A DNA stretch of 64,000 nucleotides from a bacterium (GTDB lineage: Bacteria > Krumholzibacteriota > Krumholzibacteriia > G020349025), in NCBI GenBank assembly GCA_031362565.1, contig JANLSU010000050.1:1-64000 (forward strand), read 5' to 3'. The notes beneath the pieces are model-generated. The model made no database searches. It was not told where the DNA came from and saw nothing but the letters and a program-made list of their open reading frames with translations. Positions 47,308 to 58,324 of the stretch are shown in pieces. Within the stretch, counting starts at the first letter, position 1. Each line of letters opens with the position of its first letter. A program made the translations under genes and the position numbers.

Positions 47308-48145
47308 CGCCGCGCGCCATGGCCGGATAGATGCGCGCCAGCCGGCGGGGCGATACGCCCACAACGTACAGCGTCAACAATGCGGCGTTGCGAAGTTGCC
47401 GGCGCAACACGCCCTGACTCTCGTAGCGCCTTGCCGACGCGATCACGGCGCCCGCCGCGCGGCCGATCGGCTTCCGGGCGCGCAATCGGGCCAGGAAATC
47501 CACATCTTCGAACAGCGGCCAGTCGGCGAATCCGCCCAAGAACTCGAAGGTCTCTCGCCGCACGAACAGTGCACCCTCTCCGAACGACGTAAAACGCGTC
47601 TCGAAGCGCGACATCGCGCCGGCGAGCCGCAGCATCGGATGCCGGGAATCGTAGCGGATGGCGAAGATGCCGGCTTCGTGCCCGCCAGCGAATATCGCGT
47701 CGATTGCCGCCAGCGCATTCGGCGGCAGCCGGCAGTCGGCGTGCAGGAAGAGGAGCGCCGTCCCACGGGCGAGACGCGCCCCGGCATTCATCTGCGGACC
47801 CCGGCCCGGCGGCGACGTGACGACGCGCGCACCGGCTGCATGTGCCGCGTCGGCGGTGCCGTCGTGACTGCCGCCATCGGCGACCACGACGTCGATCGCT
47901 GGCGATAGCGTTCGTACATGCTCGATCGTGGCGGCAATGCGCGCCATTTCGTCGAGCGCCGGGATCACGACCGACAACTCGGGGCAGGCGCGTGGATTGT
48001 GACTCGTCCGGTGCTCTGCTATGCTGCCGCGGCGCGCGGCCCGGTGGTGCGATTGCGTACGGCCTCCCCGGATTTCCAGTGTCGCGTTCGAACCGCAAGT
48101 TGTAACGAGCCCTGGCAGCGGGCGCAAGCCCCGCGGCCGAGCCAC
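47297..48145 (-). CDS. GT2 glycosyltransferase (TIGR04283-like); true start probably near 47980-48020
   Basis: [46 protein letters not shown]. Confidence 0.85.
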   Translation of the reverse strand: MARPRGLRPLPGLVTTCGSNATLEIRGGRTQSHHRAARRGSIAEHRTSHNPRACPELSVVIPALDEMARIAATIEHVRTLSPAIDVVVADGGSHDGTADAAHAAGARVVTSPPGRGPQMNAGARLARGTALLFLHADCRLPPNALAAIDAIFAGGHEAGIFAIRYDSRHPMLRLAGAMSRFETRFTSFGEGALFVRRETFEFLGGFADWPLFEDVDFLARLRARKPIGRAAGAVIASARRYESQGVLRRQLRNAALLTLYVVGVSPRRLARIYPAMARGVKP

Positions 48146-48156
48146 GGAAGCGAGTC

Positions 48157-49098
48157 ATGGCGCGAGTCGAGAAGATTCTGATTATCGGATCCGGTCCAGC
48201 AGGGTTGACCGCGGCGATTTACGCTGCACGGGCTAATCTGTCGCCCGTCGTCATCGAAGGCATGCAGCCCGGTGGCCAGCTGACGATCACGACCGAAGTC
48301 GAAAATTATCCGGGTTTCACCGGCGGCATCATGGGTCCGGCGCTCATGCACGAGATGCGCGCCCAAGCCGAGCGTTTCGGCACGCGCATCGTGCGCTATG
48401 ACGCCCAACGCGTCGATCTGTCGCGGCGGCCGTTCTCGGTCTGGTCCGCGGACGACGAAGAGATTCAGTGCCATGCGCTCATTATCGCTTCGGGAGCCAG
48501 CGCCAAATTGCTGGGGATCGACAGCGAGTCGCGCCTCATGGGGTTCGGGGTGTCGGCGTGCGCCACGTGCGACGGGCCGTTCTTCCGGGATCGCGACATC
48601 GCGGTCGTGGGCGGCGGCGACACGGCGATGGAAGAGGCGAACTACCTCACCAAGTTCGCTCGCAAGGTGACGGTGATTCACCGGCGCGATTCCTTGCGCG
48701 CCTCGAAGATCATGCAGGAACGGGCCCTGAAAAATGCCAAGATCGAGTTCCAGTGGAATTCCGAAGTCACCGCGATTCTCGACCCCGAGACCAAAGAAGT
48801 GCACGGCGTGCGGCTGCGCAATCTGGTGAGCGGCGCGGAAAGCGACCTGGCGGTGCAGGGCGTGTTCATCGCCATCGGCCATCAACCGAATACGAAGTTG
48901 TTCGAGAAGCAACTCGCCATGAACGAGGCAGGATACCTGCATGTGAATCCGGGCACGACGCGCACCAGCGTCGAGGGTGTGTATGCGGCCGGCGACGTCG
49001 CGGATCACATCTACCGGCAAGCGGTCACCGCAGCCGGAACCGGCTGCATGGCGGCAATCGATGCGGAGCGCGACTTGGCGGTGCTCGGCATCGAGTGA
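48157..49098 (+). CDS. trxB: Thioredoxin-disulfide reductase
   Basis: [41 protein letters not shown]. Confidence 0.97.
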   Translation: MARVEKILIIGSGPAGLTAAIYAARANLSPVVIEGMQPGGQLTITTEVENYPGFTGGIMGPALMHEMRAQAERFGTRIVRYDAQRVDLSRRPFSVWSADDEEIQCHALIIASGASAKLLGIDSESRLMGFGVSACATCDGPFFRDRDIAVVGGGDTAMEEANYLTKFARKVTVIHRRDSLRASKIMQERALKNAKIEFQWNSEVTAILDPETKEVHGVRLRNLVSGAESDLAVQGVFIAIGHQPNTKLFEKQLAMNEAGYLHVNPGTTRTSVEGVYAAGDVADHIYRQAVTAAGTGCMAAIDAERDLAVLGIE

Positions 49099-49117
49099 GG
49101 GCGCGGCTACCGGGTCC

Positions 49118-49417
49118 TCAAGCGTGCCGCGGGCGCGCCAGCCGCACGAGCACCACGATCCCAGCCACCAGCAACGCGATGGGCGCGAGCGGCAAGAGGA
49201 CCAGACTGGCCACCAAGCCCAGAATGACGGCCAGCCCGGCGAGGATGACGACCGGCAACACGACGGCGGTGCCCACAACCGTGAGCAGTGCGCCGAGCAG
49301 ATGCACCGGCACGAGGACGATCGCCAGGGCGACCTTCGCGAGAATAAAAGCGCCCTTCGCGACCCCACCCAAGACGGCGAGCGCAACGACGGCCGCCGCG
49401 CCCAAGATCCATTCCAT
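49118..49417 (-). CDS. Small hydrophobic membrane protein
   Basis: 99 aa almost entirely hydrophobic; AAGGAGG RBS. Confidence 0.75.
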   Translation of the reverse strand: MEWILGAAAVVALAVLGGVAKGAFILAKVALAIVLVPVHLLGALLTVVGTAVVLPVVILAGLAVILGLVASLVLLPLAPIALLVAGIVVLVRLARPRHA

Positions 49418-49490
49418 GAGGCCTCCTTATGAACGACGTTGAGAGTACGCAACCGGCCCGGCCGGGGTTTCAGCTACGGGAGGCCGGCGT

Positions 49491-50195
49491 TTGAAAAACC
49501 ATCGCCGGCTGCTGCTCTTCGACATCGACGGCACCATGCTTACCTGCCAAGGCCGCGGGCTGAAGGCCATGCACCGGGTGGTGCAAGAACTCTGGGGGAC
49601 GGCACCCGTCGAAGTGCAGATCCATCCCCACGGCAAGACCGACCCGATGCTGTTCGAGGAAGTCGGCGCGGCGTACGGCCTTTCGGCGGCCGACATCGGC
49701 GGCCGCAATGCCGATCTGCAACAGGCGTATGCCAAGGCGTTGGCCGGCGAGCTGCGTACCCCGGGGGTATGCGTCGTGAAACCCGGCGTGACGGCGCTTC
49801 TCGGGACGCTCGGCGAACGGCCGGGTGCGACGCTCGGCCTGGTGAGCGGCAATCTCGAATCGACGGCGTGGCTGAAGCTCGAGAACGCCAACCTCGCCGG
49901 TTTCTTCGCCGGCGGCGCCTTCGGATCGGACGGGCGGCGCCGGGCGGATCTTGTCGCGCTGGCCATCGAGCGGTTTGCGATTCGCACTGGTGCGGGCTTC
50001 GCGGCGCGCGATGTGTGGGTCATCGGCGACACGCCGGACGACGTTGCCGGGGGGCGCGCCCATGGGACGCGCACCCTCGCGGTTGCTACCGGCAGTTTCT
50101 CGCGCGCCGAACTCGAGCGTTGCAGCCCCGATGTCGTGTTCGACAACTTCGCCGACACCGCAATCGTGGTGGACGCTTTGTGTCGCAACGTGTGA
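49491..50195 (+). CDS. HAD-family hydrolase
   Basis: LLFDIDGTM..HGKTD..VIGDTPDD. Confidence 0.88.
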   Translation: MKNHRRLLLFDIDGTMLTCQGRGLKAMHRVVQELWGTAPVEVQIHPHGKTDPMLFEEVGAAYGLSAADIGGRNADLQQAYAKALAGELRTPGVCVVKPGVTALLGTLGERPGATLGLVSGNLESTAWLKLENANLAGFFAGGAFGSDGRRRADLVALAIERFAIRTGAGFAARDVWVIGDTPDDVAGGRAHGTRTLAVATGSFSRAELERCSPDVVFDNFADTAIVVDALCRNV

Positions 50196-50271
50196 CGGAG
50201 CGCGCACCGCACCCCGCACCGGGCCCTGGTGGCGCGCAGTGGCGCGCGTTGGCGCGCCACTTGCGGCTGCC

Positions 50272-50300
50272 TTGACGGTGCGGAGCGTGTTCCTTAGCAT
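50272..50300 (+). promoter_or_regulatory. Sigma70-like promoter of ssb
   Basis: TTGACG-N17-TAGCAT. Confidence 0.55.
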
Positions 50301-50371
50301 TTGAACCCGTCCGCGGCGATCCCCGATTTCACGGCCGCATCGCGGCCGAGCGCACCTCGAGAGGAGAGGGC

Positions 50372-50821
50372 ATGGCAAGCGTCAACAAAGTGATCCTGGT
50401 CGGCAATCTTGGAGCCGATCCAGAATTGCGGTACACGAACACGGGTACGGCCGTGGCGAATTTCCGCATCGCGACCAACGACCAGTGGACCGACAAGAAC
50501 GGTGAGAAACAGGAACGCGCCGAATGGCACCAGATCGTCGCTTGGGGCAAGCTGGGCGAGATCTGCGGCAAGTACCTCAAGAAGGGCCGGCCGGTGTACG
50601 TCGAAGGCCGCCTGCAGACGCGGTCGTGGGAAGACCAGCAAGGCAACAAGCGCTATACGACCGAAATCGTCGCGCAGACCATGCAGATGCTCGGCCGTCC
50701 CGGTGAGGGCGCGGGCGAGGCGCCGGAAGGCGGCTGGGAGCCGCGCAGCCAGGCCCCGCAGCACGACGAGGACGTCGCCGTTGCGCCGGCCGGAAATTCC
50801 GACGACGATTTGCCGTTCTGA
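50372..50821 (+). CDS. ssb: Single-stranded DNA-binding protein
   Basis: [32 protein letters not shown]. Confidence 0.98.
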   Translation: MASVNKVILVGNLGADPELRYTNTGTAVANFRIATNDQWTDKNGEKQERAEWHQIVAWGKLGEICGKYLKKGRPVYVEGRLQTRSWEDQQGNKRYTTEIVAQTMQMLGRPGEGAGEAPEGGWEPRSQAPQHDEDVAVAPAGNSDDDLPF

Positions 50822-50878
50822 GCGCCGGATCGTTCGACGCCGGAGACCTTCATCCGGGCCGCGTTTCCGGGCGGTTGC

Positions 50879-50907
50879 TTGACAGCCATCGGACGCCGTG
50901 ATAGCTT
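50879..50907 (+). promoter_or_regulatory. Sigma70-like promoter of tRNA-Lys
   Basis: TTGACA-N17-TAGCTT with TG extension. Confidence 0.6.
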
Positions 50908-50944
50908 CCGCCGCCGTCGTCGAACGATTTCGTACGCCTTGGTT

Positions 50945-51020
<76 letters not shown>

Positions 51021-51099
51021 CTTTTCCCTTCTTTCGAACTCCTGCCCTGATCCCATTAGGAAGCAGGAACCCAGCGCACCGAAATTCCGGAGTCCGGCG

Positions 51100-51747
51100 A
51101 TGAAGCGTTCCTGGATCGTTCCCGCCGCCATCGTGCTGGCGATCGTCGTCGCCATCGTGGCGCTCGTCGCCCGCCGGGGTGGCCCGGGTACGGCGCAGCC
51201 GGCCTCGGGAACGGGCACGCAGACGATTGCCACGCGTGTCTATTCGGATGACTCACTGGGTATCCGACTCCGTATCCCGGAATCGCCGGGCTGGACGCTC
51301 GAACGGGATCTTGGCGTGCGGCCCGATGGCCGCGTTGTCACCGCCAACCACGCCAGCGGGCTGGCGACGGCGCGGGTTTTCGTTCTCCCAACCACTCCGG
51401 CAACGAATATCGACGCGATCCTGGAGGCGCGCAAGAAGGAGATCGCGGTCGCCTTCGGTGTCGACGATCTCGACAAAGCCGTTGCCGGTACGGTGCGCGA
51501 CGAGCGCAAAGACATCAACGGCCATACCTTCCGGCAGTGGCAAGCTGTGACCCAGCCGGTCGTGGCGCCCGGCGAGAAGTCCTCCCGTCTGGTATTCCTC
51601 TGGCTCGGGACGGTCACTCCGGGGCACAGCCTCGAGTGCCTCGGCATCGTCCGCTACCACGACCTGCCGACGCCCGAGGAACAGCAAACCACCGACGCTC
51701 TCCTGCGCGACGCCAGCTACGTCATGCAGTCCTTCGAAGTCCGCTGA
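51100..51747 (+). CDS. Membrane-anchored hypothetical protein
   Basis: N-terminal TM helix; GGAG RBS; fills the gap between tRNA and tmRNA. Confidence 0.7.
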   Translation: MKRSWIVPAAIVLAIVVAIVALVARRGGPGTAQPASGTGTQTIATRVYSDDSLGIRLRIPESPGWTLERDLGVRPDGRVVTANHASGLATARVFVLPTTPATNIDAILEARKKEIAVAFGVDDLDKAVAGTVRDERKDINGHTFRQWQAVTQPVVAPGEKSSRLVFLWLGTVTPGHSLECLGIVRYHDLPTPEEQQTTDALLRDASYVMQSFEVR

Positions 51748-51863
51748 TCCCTGGCGCGGTCGTGCCCCAAAAGGCCCCATGATGGCTTCGTCTTGTGGCG
51801 GCCGGCGCGCTGGCGTATGGTTGACCGAACCGCAGCACCGGAGCGGGCACTCCATTCCGAGAT

Positions 51864-52225
51864 GGGGGCGAACGGTTTCGACGGGGTCACGGAATCCCTG
51901 GATGCGTGCCGAGGTCCACTGGCTCGTTAAACAAGTGGAAAAAGACAGCTGACAACCAGCTGCAACTCGCTGCCTAATCTGAACTAAGTTCAGATGTAGG
52001 TGCCGTCGGCTCCGTTCGCGCCCGCAGGGGTGGAGTACCGGCGTTATATTCTGCAGGCTGGCCGAAGGCTGCGTCCCGAAGCCGACGGCGAGATTTCAGG
52101 GACTGGTGACGTGGACATCCTGCTCGGTGGAGTTCCACGGCATGAGATCAAATACCGAGACACGCACGTAGACTCCTTGGAGGATGGATCTCCGGACGCG
52201 GGTTCGATTCCCGCCGCCTCCACCA
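51864..52225 (+). ncRNA. ssrA: tmRNA; tag (A)ADNQLQLAA* at 51948-51977
   Basis: 5' GGGGGCGAACGGTTTCGACGGG; 3' GACGCGGGTTCGATTCCCGCCGCCTCCACCA; tag ending LAA-stop. Confidence 0.97.
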
Positions 52226-52229
52226 CATC

Positions 52230-52270
52230 GCGCTCCCTCGCGCCCGGCGTGGGGGAGCGCGTTCGCTTTT
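52230..52270 (+). terminator. Hairpin after tmRNA
   Basis: GCGCTCCCTCGCGC..GCGTGGGGGAGCGC followed by a T-containing tail. Confidence 0.5.
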
Positions 52271-52319
52271 CGGCGCCGGTCGCTTTACGCGGCGCGGCGT
52301 CGATGCTACGGTGACGCGC

Positions 52320-53000
52320 ATGCACGCTCCGACACAAGAAAAACCGGGCATGGGCTGGATCGAAGTGATCGCCGGCAGCATGTTCAGCGGCAAGAGCGAA
52401 GAGCTGATCCGCCGCTTGAAGCGGGCGCGCATCGCGCGCCAAAACGTCCAGGTCTTCAAGCCGGCGATCGACAACCGCTACTCGGCCGATGACGTGGTCT
52501 CGCACAACGACCAGCGCCTGCCGTCGGAACTCGTCACCTCGGCGCGCGAGATTCTGGAACGCTTGGCGCCCGACACCCAGGTCGTCGGCATCGACGAAGC
52601 CCAGTTCCTCGACGCGGATCTGCTCGATGTCTGTGACCGGTTGGCGAATGCCGGGGTGCGGGTGGTGGTGGCGGGCCTCGATCAGGACTACCGGGGGCGG
52701 CCTTTCGAGCCGATGCCCCAGCTCCTCGCGGTGGCCGAGTACATCACCAAAATGCGGGCCATCTGCATGCGTTGCGGCGAACCGGCGCTGCGGTCCCAGC
52801 GCCTCGGCCAAAGCACCGAGCGGGTCGTCGTCGGTGCCGCAGAGACCTACGAACCCCGATGCCGGGCCTGTTTCGAGGACCCGGAACGGCCCGAGCCGCC
52901 GCTCTTCGGGCCGGTTCCCGATGCCATCCGGCCGCACGGCGCCGAGGCGGCGACCGACGCCGAGGTGCGCATTGCCTCCTCTCCACACCCGCCACTATAG
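52320..53000 (+). CDS. tdk: Thymidine kinase
   Basis: [29 protein letters not shown]. Confidence 0.96.
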   Translation: MHAPTQEKPGMGWIEVIAGSMFSGKSEELIRRLKRARIARQNVQVFKPAIDNRYSADDVVSHNDQRLPSELVTSAREILERLAPDTQVVGIDEAQFLDADLLDVCDRLANAGVRVVVAGLDQDYRGRPFEPMPQLLAVAEYITKMRAICMRCGEPALRSQRLGQSTERVVVGAAETYEPRCRACFEDPERPEPPLFGPVPDAIRPHGAEAATDAEVRIASSPHPPL

Positions 53001-53044
53001 TGGTGCGCCCTCCCGACCCGGCGCCCGTGTCGGGAGGTGGCGGA

Positions 53045-53713
53045 ATGGCAAGCCTCGCCGACAATCTGGCGCGGGTGCGTGAACGCATCGCGCGCGCCGT
53101 CGAGTGCGCCGGCCGCGACGCCGGCTCGGTGACTCTCGTGGCCGTGACCAAGGGGCATGGCGGCGAAGCGGTTCGCGCGCTGTGGGAATTGGGCGAACGC
53201 GAGTTCGGCGAGAATCGCGTCCAGGAAGCGTTGCCCAAGATGATGGCACCGCTCGCTGGGGCGCATTGGCATTTGATCGGGCACTTGCAGGAGAACAAGA
53301 TCAACAAGATCCTCCCGCACGTGCACTGGATTCAGTCGATCGACTCGCTGGAGTTGGCGCGTGCGGTCGCGGCGCGCGCCGCGCACTTGGGCCGTTCGGT
53401 GCCGGTGTTGCTCGAGGTGAAGACCTCACCCGAGCCGACGAAGCACGGCATCGCGCCGGATGCGATCGTCGATGCCGCCGGCCTCGTCGCCGGCCTGCCG
53501 CATCTCGAGCTGCGCGGTCTGATGACCATCGCGGCGTTGAATGCGGACGAGCGGGAGTCGCGGCGGTCGTTCGCCGCGGTACGGGCATTGGGCGAGCGTC
53601 TCGATCTCGGGTTCGCGCCTGTCTTGTCGATGGGCATGAGCGACGACTTCGAGATCGCGATCGACGAAGGTTCGACGATGGTGCGCGTCGGGCGCGCGCT
53701 GTTGGATCGCTGA
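53045..53713 (+). CDS. yggS: PLP homeostasis protein
   Basis: LVAVTK..FGENRVQE..WHLIGHLQENK..LSMGMSDD..MVRVG. Confidence 0.95.
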   Translation: MASLADNLARVRERIARAVECAGRDAGSVTLVAVTKGHGGEAVRALWELGEREFGENRVQEALPKMMAPLAGAHWHLIGHLQENKINKILPHVHWIQSIDSLELARAVAARAAHLGRSVPVLLEVKTSPEPTKHGIAPDAIVDAAGLVAGLPHLELRGLMTIAALNADERESRRSFAAVRALGERLDLGFAPVLSMGMSDDFEIAIDEGSTMVRVGRALLDR

Positions 53714-53747
53714 GGCGGGGCCGCACTTTGGCCCGTGGAGGTACGTG

Positions 53748-54647
53748 ATGCGTCTGACACCGCTCGACATCCGCGAGCAGCAGTTCCGCCGCGTGATGCG
53801 TGGGCTCGATCCGGAAGAGGTCGAGACGTTTCTCGCGACCGTCGCCGGGGAATTCGAACAACTGGTGACCGGCCAGAACGAGATGCGCCAGCGGGTGGTG
53901 GAACTCGAGGACAAGATCCAAGAGTACCGCAGCATGGAGAAGGCGCTGCGCGACACGTTGCTGACCGCCGAAAAGGTCATGGGCGATGCGAAGGAAAGCG
54001 CCCAGCGCGAGGCGACGCTCATCATCCGTGAAGCGGAAGTCGCGGCCCAGCGCAGCAAGGGCCGCCTGCAGCAGGAACTCTCGCAACTGCAGCATGACAT
54101 CGGTGAAATGCGCCGCGCCAAGGACGGCTATCTCACCCGGGTGCGGTGGTTGTTGCGCAGCCATCTCGAAATGGTGGAAGGCCAGGGCCAGGAGTTCGCC
54201 GAAATGGATCAAGGGTTGGGGATGACGCCGGGTCTGCCGCAGCAGGCGAGCGCCCCACCGGCCGCCGCGTATACGCTGCCGCCGGCTTATCCGCCGCCGC
54301 CGCCAGGCCCCGCGCCGGTATACGCGCCGGCCGCGCCGGCGCCTCCGCCCCATGCGACGCGCGACGATCTGGGTGACGCATTGCGGCCGATCGCGCCGGA
54401 CGGCACCTATGCGGCACCCGGCTTTGGCCCCCTGCCGCCCACCTATGCGGCGCCTGCCAACGCGCCCGCCGCACCGGCGTCACGTGCCGCCACTTCGGCT
54501 GAAGAACTCACTCAGGCAGCGCGCCGCGCCGAGCGTCTGGCCGCCGAAGCGCGGGCGGCGCTCGAACGCCACGCGAGCGCGCCGCAAAATCCCGCCGGCG
54601 CATGGAGTGTCGACCGCTTTCGCGAGGATCCGGGCGCGCGCCCCTGA
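53748..54647 (+). CDS. DivIVA-domain protein with Pro/Ala-rich tail
   Basis: MRLTPLDIREQQFRRVMRGLDPEEVETFL + coiled coil. Confidence 0.9.
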   Translation: MRLTPLDIREQQFRRVMRGLDPEEVETFLATVAGEFEQLVTGQNEMRQRVVELEDKIQEYRSMEKALRDTLLTAEKVMGDAKESAQREATLIIREAEVAAQRSKGRLQQELSQLQHDIGEMRRAKDGYLTRVRWLLRSHLEMVEGQGQEFAEMDQGLGMTPGLPQQASAPPAAAYTLPPAYPPPPPGPAPVYAPAAPAPPPHATRDDLGDALRPIAPDGTYAAPGFGPLPPTYAAPANAPAAPASRAATSAEELTQAARRAERLAAEARAALERHASAPQNPAGAWSVDRFREDPGARP

Positions 54648-54674
54648 TCCCCTAAGGGTCCGCAAGGGAGAACG

Positions 54675-55517
54675 ATGCCAGCGAACGAAACGCCGCTCTA
54701 CGAGCGCATCCAGGAAACGAGCGCGTTTCTGCGCGGCCGTTCGCGCCTGACACCGCGTTTCGGGCTGATCTTGGGCACCGGGCTCGGCGGGCTCGCGGAC
54801 CAGATCGAGGATCCCGTCGCGATTGCCTATCGCGACATTCCAAATTTCGTGCCTTCGACCGCCGAAAGCCACGCCGGCAACTTGGTGTTCGGCAGCCTCG
54901 GCGGCGTCGACGTCGTGGCGATGCAGGGACGCGTGCACTATTACGAGGGCTACTCGATGGCGCAGGTCACGTTCCCGGTGCGGGTGATGAAGGCGCTCGG
55001 CGTCGATTCACTCGTGGTGTCGAATGCCGCCGGCGGGATGAATCCGCACATGCGGGCCGGCGATTTGGTGGCAATCGTCGATCACATCAACCTGATGGGC
55101 GACAATCCGCTCCGCGGTCCGAACGACGAACGCCTCGGCGACCGGTTTCCCGATATGTCGGAACCCTACGATCGCACCTATCTGCGGCGCATCGAAGCCA
55201 TTGCCCTCGATCAGCACGTGCAACTGCACCGCGGGGTGTTCGTGGCAGTGGCCGGTCCCAACCTCGAAACCGCGGCGGAGTACCGTTTCTTGCGCGCCAT
55301 CGGCGCCGATGTCGTCGGCATGTCGCTCATTCCGGAGAGCATCGTCGCGGCGCATTCGGGAATGCGGGTGCTGGCGCTCACCGTGGTGACCGATGAATGC
55401 TTTCCGGACCGTCTCGAGCGGGCCGATGTCGCCAAGATCATTCGAATTGCCAACGAAGCGGAGCCGCTGCTGGCGCGGCTCGTGGTCGAATTCCTGCGGC
55501 GCGCCGATTCCGTTTGA
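54675..55517 (+). CDS. punA: Purine-nucleoside phosphorylase (trimeric type)
   Basis: GLILGTGLG, MQGRVHYYEG, NAAGG, GPNLETAAE, ADVVGMS. Confidence 0.93.
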   Translation: MPANETPLYERIQETSAFLRGRSRLTPRFGLILGTGLGGLADQIEDPVAIAYRDIPNFVPSTAESHAGNLVFGSLGGVDVVAMQGRVHYYEGYSMAQVTFPVRVMKALGVDSLVVSNAAGGMNPHMRAGDLVAIVDHINLMGDNPLRGPNDERLGDRFPDMSEPYDRTYLRRIEAIALDQHVQLHRGVFVAVAGPNLETAAEYRFLRAIGADVVGMSLIPESIVAAHSGMRVLALTVVTDECFPDRLERADVAKIIRIANEAEPLLARLVVEFLRRADSV

Positions 55518-55559
55518 CGGACGTGCGCTTGGGTGATCTGTCGTTCCGAAGGAGGGCGC

Positions 55560-55943
55560 GTGGAGCGCAAGGATCTCGAACTCATGAAGGTAAAGTTGCT
55601 CGAGGAGCGTGAGCGTTTGGTGGCCGACCTCGCGTCGCTCGAAGAGACCACCGCCTCGACATCGCGCGATGCCTCGGGCGATCTGTCCAGTTACTCGAGC
55701 CACATGGCGGACATGGGCAGCGACTCGATGGAGCGCGAGAAGGCGTTCATGTTCGCCAGCGTCAAACGCCGCCGCTTGGATGAAATTACGTTGGCTCTGA
55801 CCCGGGTGGACGCCGGCACCTTCGGCATCTGCGAGACCTGCGCCAATCCCATCCCCGCCAAGCGTCTCGAGCGCATGCCGGGTGCGTCGATGTGCGTCAC
55901 GTGCAAGGAGAAGGACGAGAAAGAGCAGGGCACTTCAGCTTGA
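55560..55943 (+). CDS. TraR/DksA C4-type zinc finger protein
   Basis: HMADMGSD; CETC..IP..RL..P..CVTC. Confidence 0.92.
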   Translation: MERKDLELMKVKLLEERERLVADLASLEETTASTSRDASGDLSSYSSHMADMGSDSMEREKAFMFASVKRRRLDEITLALTRVDAGTFGICETCANPIPAKRLERMPGASMCVTCKEKDEKEQGTSA

Positions 55944-56458
55944 TCTTCTACGCTCTGGCGATTCTCGTCGTGCTTCTCGATCAGCTCGCCAAGTGGTGGA
56001 TCGTGCACCGCGTCGGTGACCGCAGCGTTTGGGGCGAGGTGCTGCGCTTCACCGTCACCCACAACACCGGCGCGGCGTTCGGATTGTTCCCCGGGGCGCG
56101 GATTTCGTTCATCGTCATCAGCATCGCCGCTGCCGCCGGCCTGGTGTATGCGCATCATGTCCTGGCGCCGGCGGACCGGCGCCGGCCCTACTTGGCGCTC
56201 ATTCTGGGCGGCAATCTCGGCAATCTCGCCGACCGGTTGCGCGTCGGCCGCGTCACCGACTTCATCGACATGGGCATCGGCACGGCGCGCTGGCCGGTCT
56301 ACAACGTTGCCGACATCGCGGTCGTCTGCGGGGCCGTCGGGCTCGGTTGGCTGTTGCTGCGCGACGTGATGCTGGAGCGCGCGCCGCGGCCGCCGGTCTT
56401 GGTGTCGGCCGCGGACGACTCGGTGGGTTCCGAGGAGACTTCCGCGGACGCGAGGTGA
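55940..56458 (+). CDS. lspA: Lipoprotein signal peptidase
   Basis: DQLAK, NTGAAFG, GNLADR, VTDFI, WPVYNVAD. Confidence 0.95.
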   Translation: MIFYALAILVVLLDQLAKWWIVHRVGDRSVWGEVLRFTVTHNTGAAFGLFPGARISFIVISIAAAAGLVYAHHVLAPADRRRPYLALILGGNLGNLADRLRVGRVTDFIDMGIGTARWPVYNVADIAVVCGAVGLGWLLLRDVMLERAPRPPVLVSAADDSVGSEETSADAR

Positions 56459-56461
56459 GGG

Positions 56462-57445
56462 GTGGAAACCGAACTTCACCTCGCGATCGATGCCGGAATG
56501 CGCGGCCAACGCATCGACCGCCTGCTCGCCGAACAGTTTCCCGCCATCACCCGGTCGCGCTTTCAGAAGCTCCTGCGGGATGGGTGTGTCACCGCCGCGG
56601 GCCGCAAGGTGCGGAGCGCCTATCGCGTCATGCTCGGTGACGAGGTGCGGGTCACCATTCCGCCGCCCGAACCGGCCGACCTCGAACCCGAAGATATTCC
56701 ACTGCGTGTCGTCTTCGAGGACGAACACCTGCTCGTCATCGACAAGCCCGCCGGCTTGGTCGTGCACCCGGCGGCGGGCAATCAGACCGGCACTCTCGTG
56801 CATGCGCTGCTGTTCCACGCCCGGCAATTGTCGGCACACGGTGATTTGCTGCGGCCGGGCATCGTGCACCGGCTCGACAAGGACACCACGGGCCTCATGG
56901 TGGTCGCCAAGACCGAACACGCCCACGCGACGCTCGCCGACGCATTGCGGGCGCGCACCGTCAGGCGCGAGTACGCGGCCATCGTTTGGGGCCGGATCCG
57001 GGACGACGCGGGTGAGGTCGAGGCGCCGATCGGCCGCAACCCGGGCGACCGCAAACGGATGGCGGTCCGCAGCACCGGTGGCAAGGCGGCCCTGACCCGC
57101 TACGCGGTGCGGGCGCGGTACGCCTTCGCGACGCTTCTCGACCTGCGGCTCGCCACCGGCCGCACGCACCAGATTCGTGTCCACATGGCATTTATCGGCC
57201 ACCCGGTGTTCGGTGACCCGAGTTACGGCGGCCGCGCCCCCCGGTTGACTCAACTCACACCGCCGCTTAGAGTTCAGGCGAAGCGCGCGCTGGAGGTCCT
57301 GCCGCGGCAGGCGTTACACGCCGCGCGCTTGTCGTTTCGGCATCCAGAGACCGGGCGCGAACTCGAATTCGCGTCACCGTTGCCCGAAGACTTCACCACG
57401 GCTCTGGCCCTGATTGCGGACCTCGAGCCTGGAGACCCGCGATGA
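56462..57445 (+). CDS. rluD: RluA/RluD-family pseudouridine synthase
   Basis: S4 domain; KPAGLVVHP; HRLDKDTTG; TGRTHQIR. Confidence 0.93.
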   Translation: METELHLAIDAGMRGQRIDRLLAEQFPAITRSRFQKLLRDGCVTAAGRKVRSAYRVMLGDEVRVTIPPPEPADLEPEDIPLRVVFEDEHLLVIDKPAGLVVHPAAGNQTGTLVHALLFHARQLSAHGDLLRPGIVHRLDKDTTGLMVVAKTEHAHATLADALRARTVRREYAAIVWGRIRDDAGEVEAPIGRNPGDRKRMAVRSTGGKAALTRYAVRARYAFATLLDLRLATGRTHQIRVHMAFIGHPVFGDPSYGGRAPRLTQLTPPLRVQAKRALEVLPRQALHAARLSFRHPETGRELEFASPLPEDFTTALALIADLEPGDPR

Positions 57446-57780
57446 CCATTCAACAGCGTGACATTGGCGATGTCGTAGTCGTGGACGTGCATGGCAAGAT
57501 CATGGGCGGTCCCGACTCCGACGGCCTCAAGCAGGCGTTGCGCGATCTCATGGAACGCGGCGCGCACAAAGTCCTGGTGAACTTAGGCGATGTGACCTGG
57601 ATCAACAGCAGCGGCCTCGGGATCCTGATCGAGGGATTTTCCGAGCTGCGGCGCCAGGGCGGCAGCCTCAAGCTGGTGCACGTGCCGCCCCGGATCGAAA
57701 GTTTGCTCACGGTCACGAAACTATCGACGATCTTCGAGTCGTATAGGCAAGAGGACGAGGCGGTCCGCAGTTTCGCCTGA
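57442..57780 (+). CDS. STAS anti-sigma factor antagonist
   Basis: VTWINSSGLGIL. Confidence 0.93.
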   Translation: MTIQQRDIGDVVVVDVHGKIMGGPDSDGLKQALRDLMERGAHKVLVNLGDVTWINSSGLGILIEGFSELRRQGGSLKLVHVPPRIESLLTVTKLSTIFESYRQEDEAVRSFA

Positions 57781-57820
57781 GGGGCGATGCCGCCCCGCAT
57801 TGCGCCGACGGAGGGATCGC

Positions 57821-58282
57821 ATGCCGCAACCCGCAGACCAAGTCGAACTCCGCATTCCGAGCCAGCTTCGTTACCTCGCGGTCGTGGACGCCGTCGTTCA
57901 GGCGTTCGCCGCCGATTTTGGCTGGGAGGCGGATGACATCAACAATCTGGGCACCGCGGCCATCGAGGCGGCATCGAACGCCATGGAACACGGCAATCGG
58001 TTCGCCGAAAACACCAACGTGTGGCTGCGGATGCGTGGCGATGCGGGCGGCGTCGAAGTCGAGATCGAGGACCAAGGCCCGGGGTTCGACCACCGCCCGT
58101 ACGAGCGTGAACTGACGGCCGACGACCTGCTCAAGCTGCGCGGGCGCGGCATTTTCATCATGCGGTCGTTCATGGATGAAGTCAGTTTCGCACCGGGCCA
58201 GGGGCATGGCACCTGTGTGCGGCTCGTCAAACACGGCCACATCAAGGCCGAACAGTCGGGCGGCACGAGCACTGGTGCCTGA
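57821..58282 (+). CDS. RsbW-like anti-sigma factor/Ser kinase
   Basis: EAASNAMEHGN..DQGPGFD..GRGIFIMRSFMDEV. Confidence 0.92.
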   Translation: MPQPADQVELRIPSQLRYLAVVDAVVQAFAADFGWEADDINNLGTAAIEAASNAMEHGNRFAENTNVWLRMRGDAGGVEVEIEDQGPGFDHRPYERELTADDLLKLRGRGIFIMRSFMDEVSFAPGQGHGTCVRLVKHGHIKAEQSGGTSTGA

Positions 58283-58324
58283 GCGCCGTCCGCGCCAGCG
58301 GGCCCGAAGGGCGCGGGTGGCCTC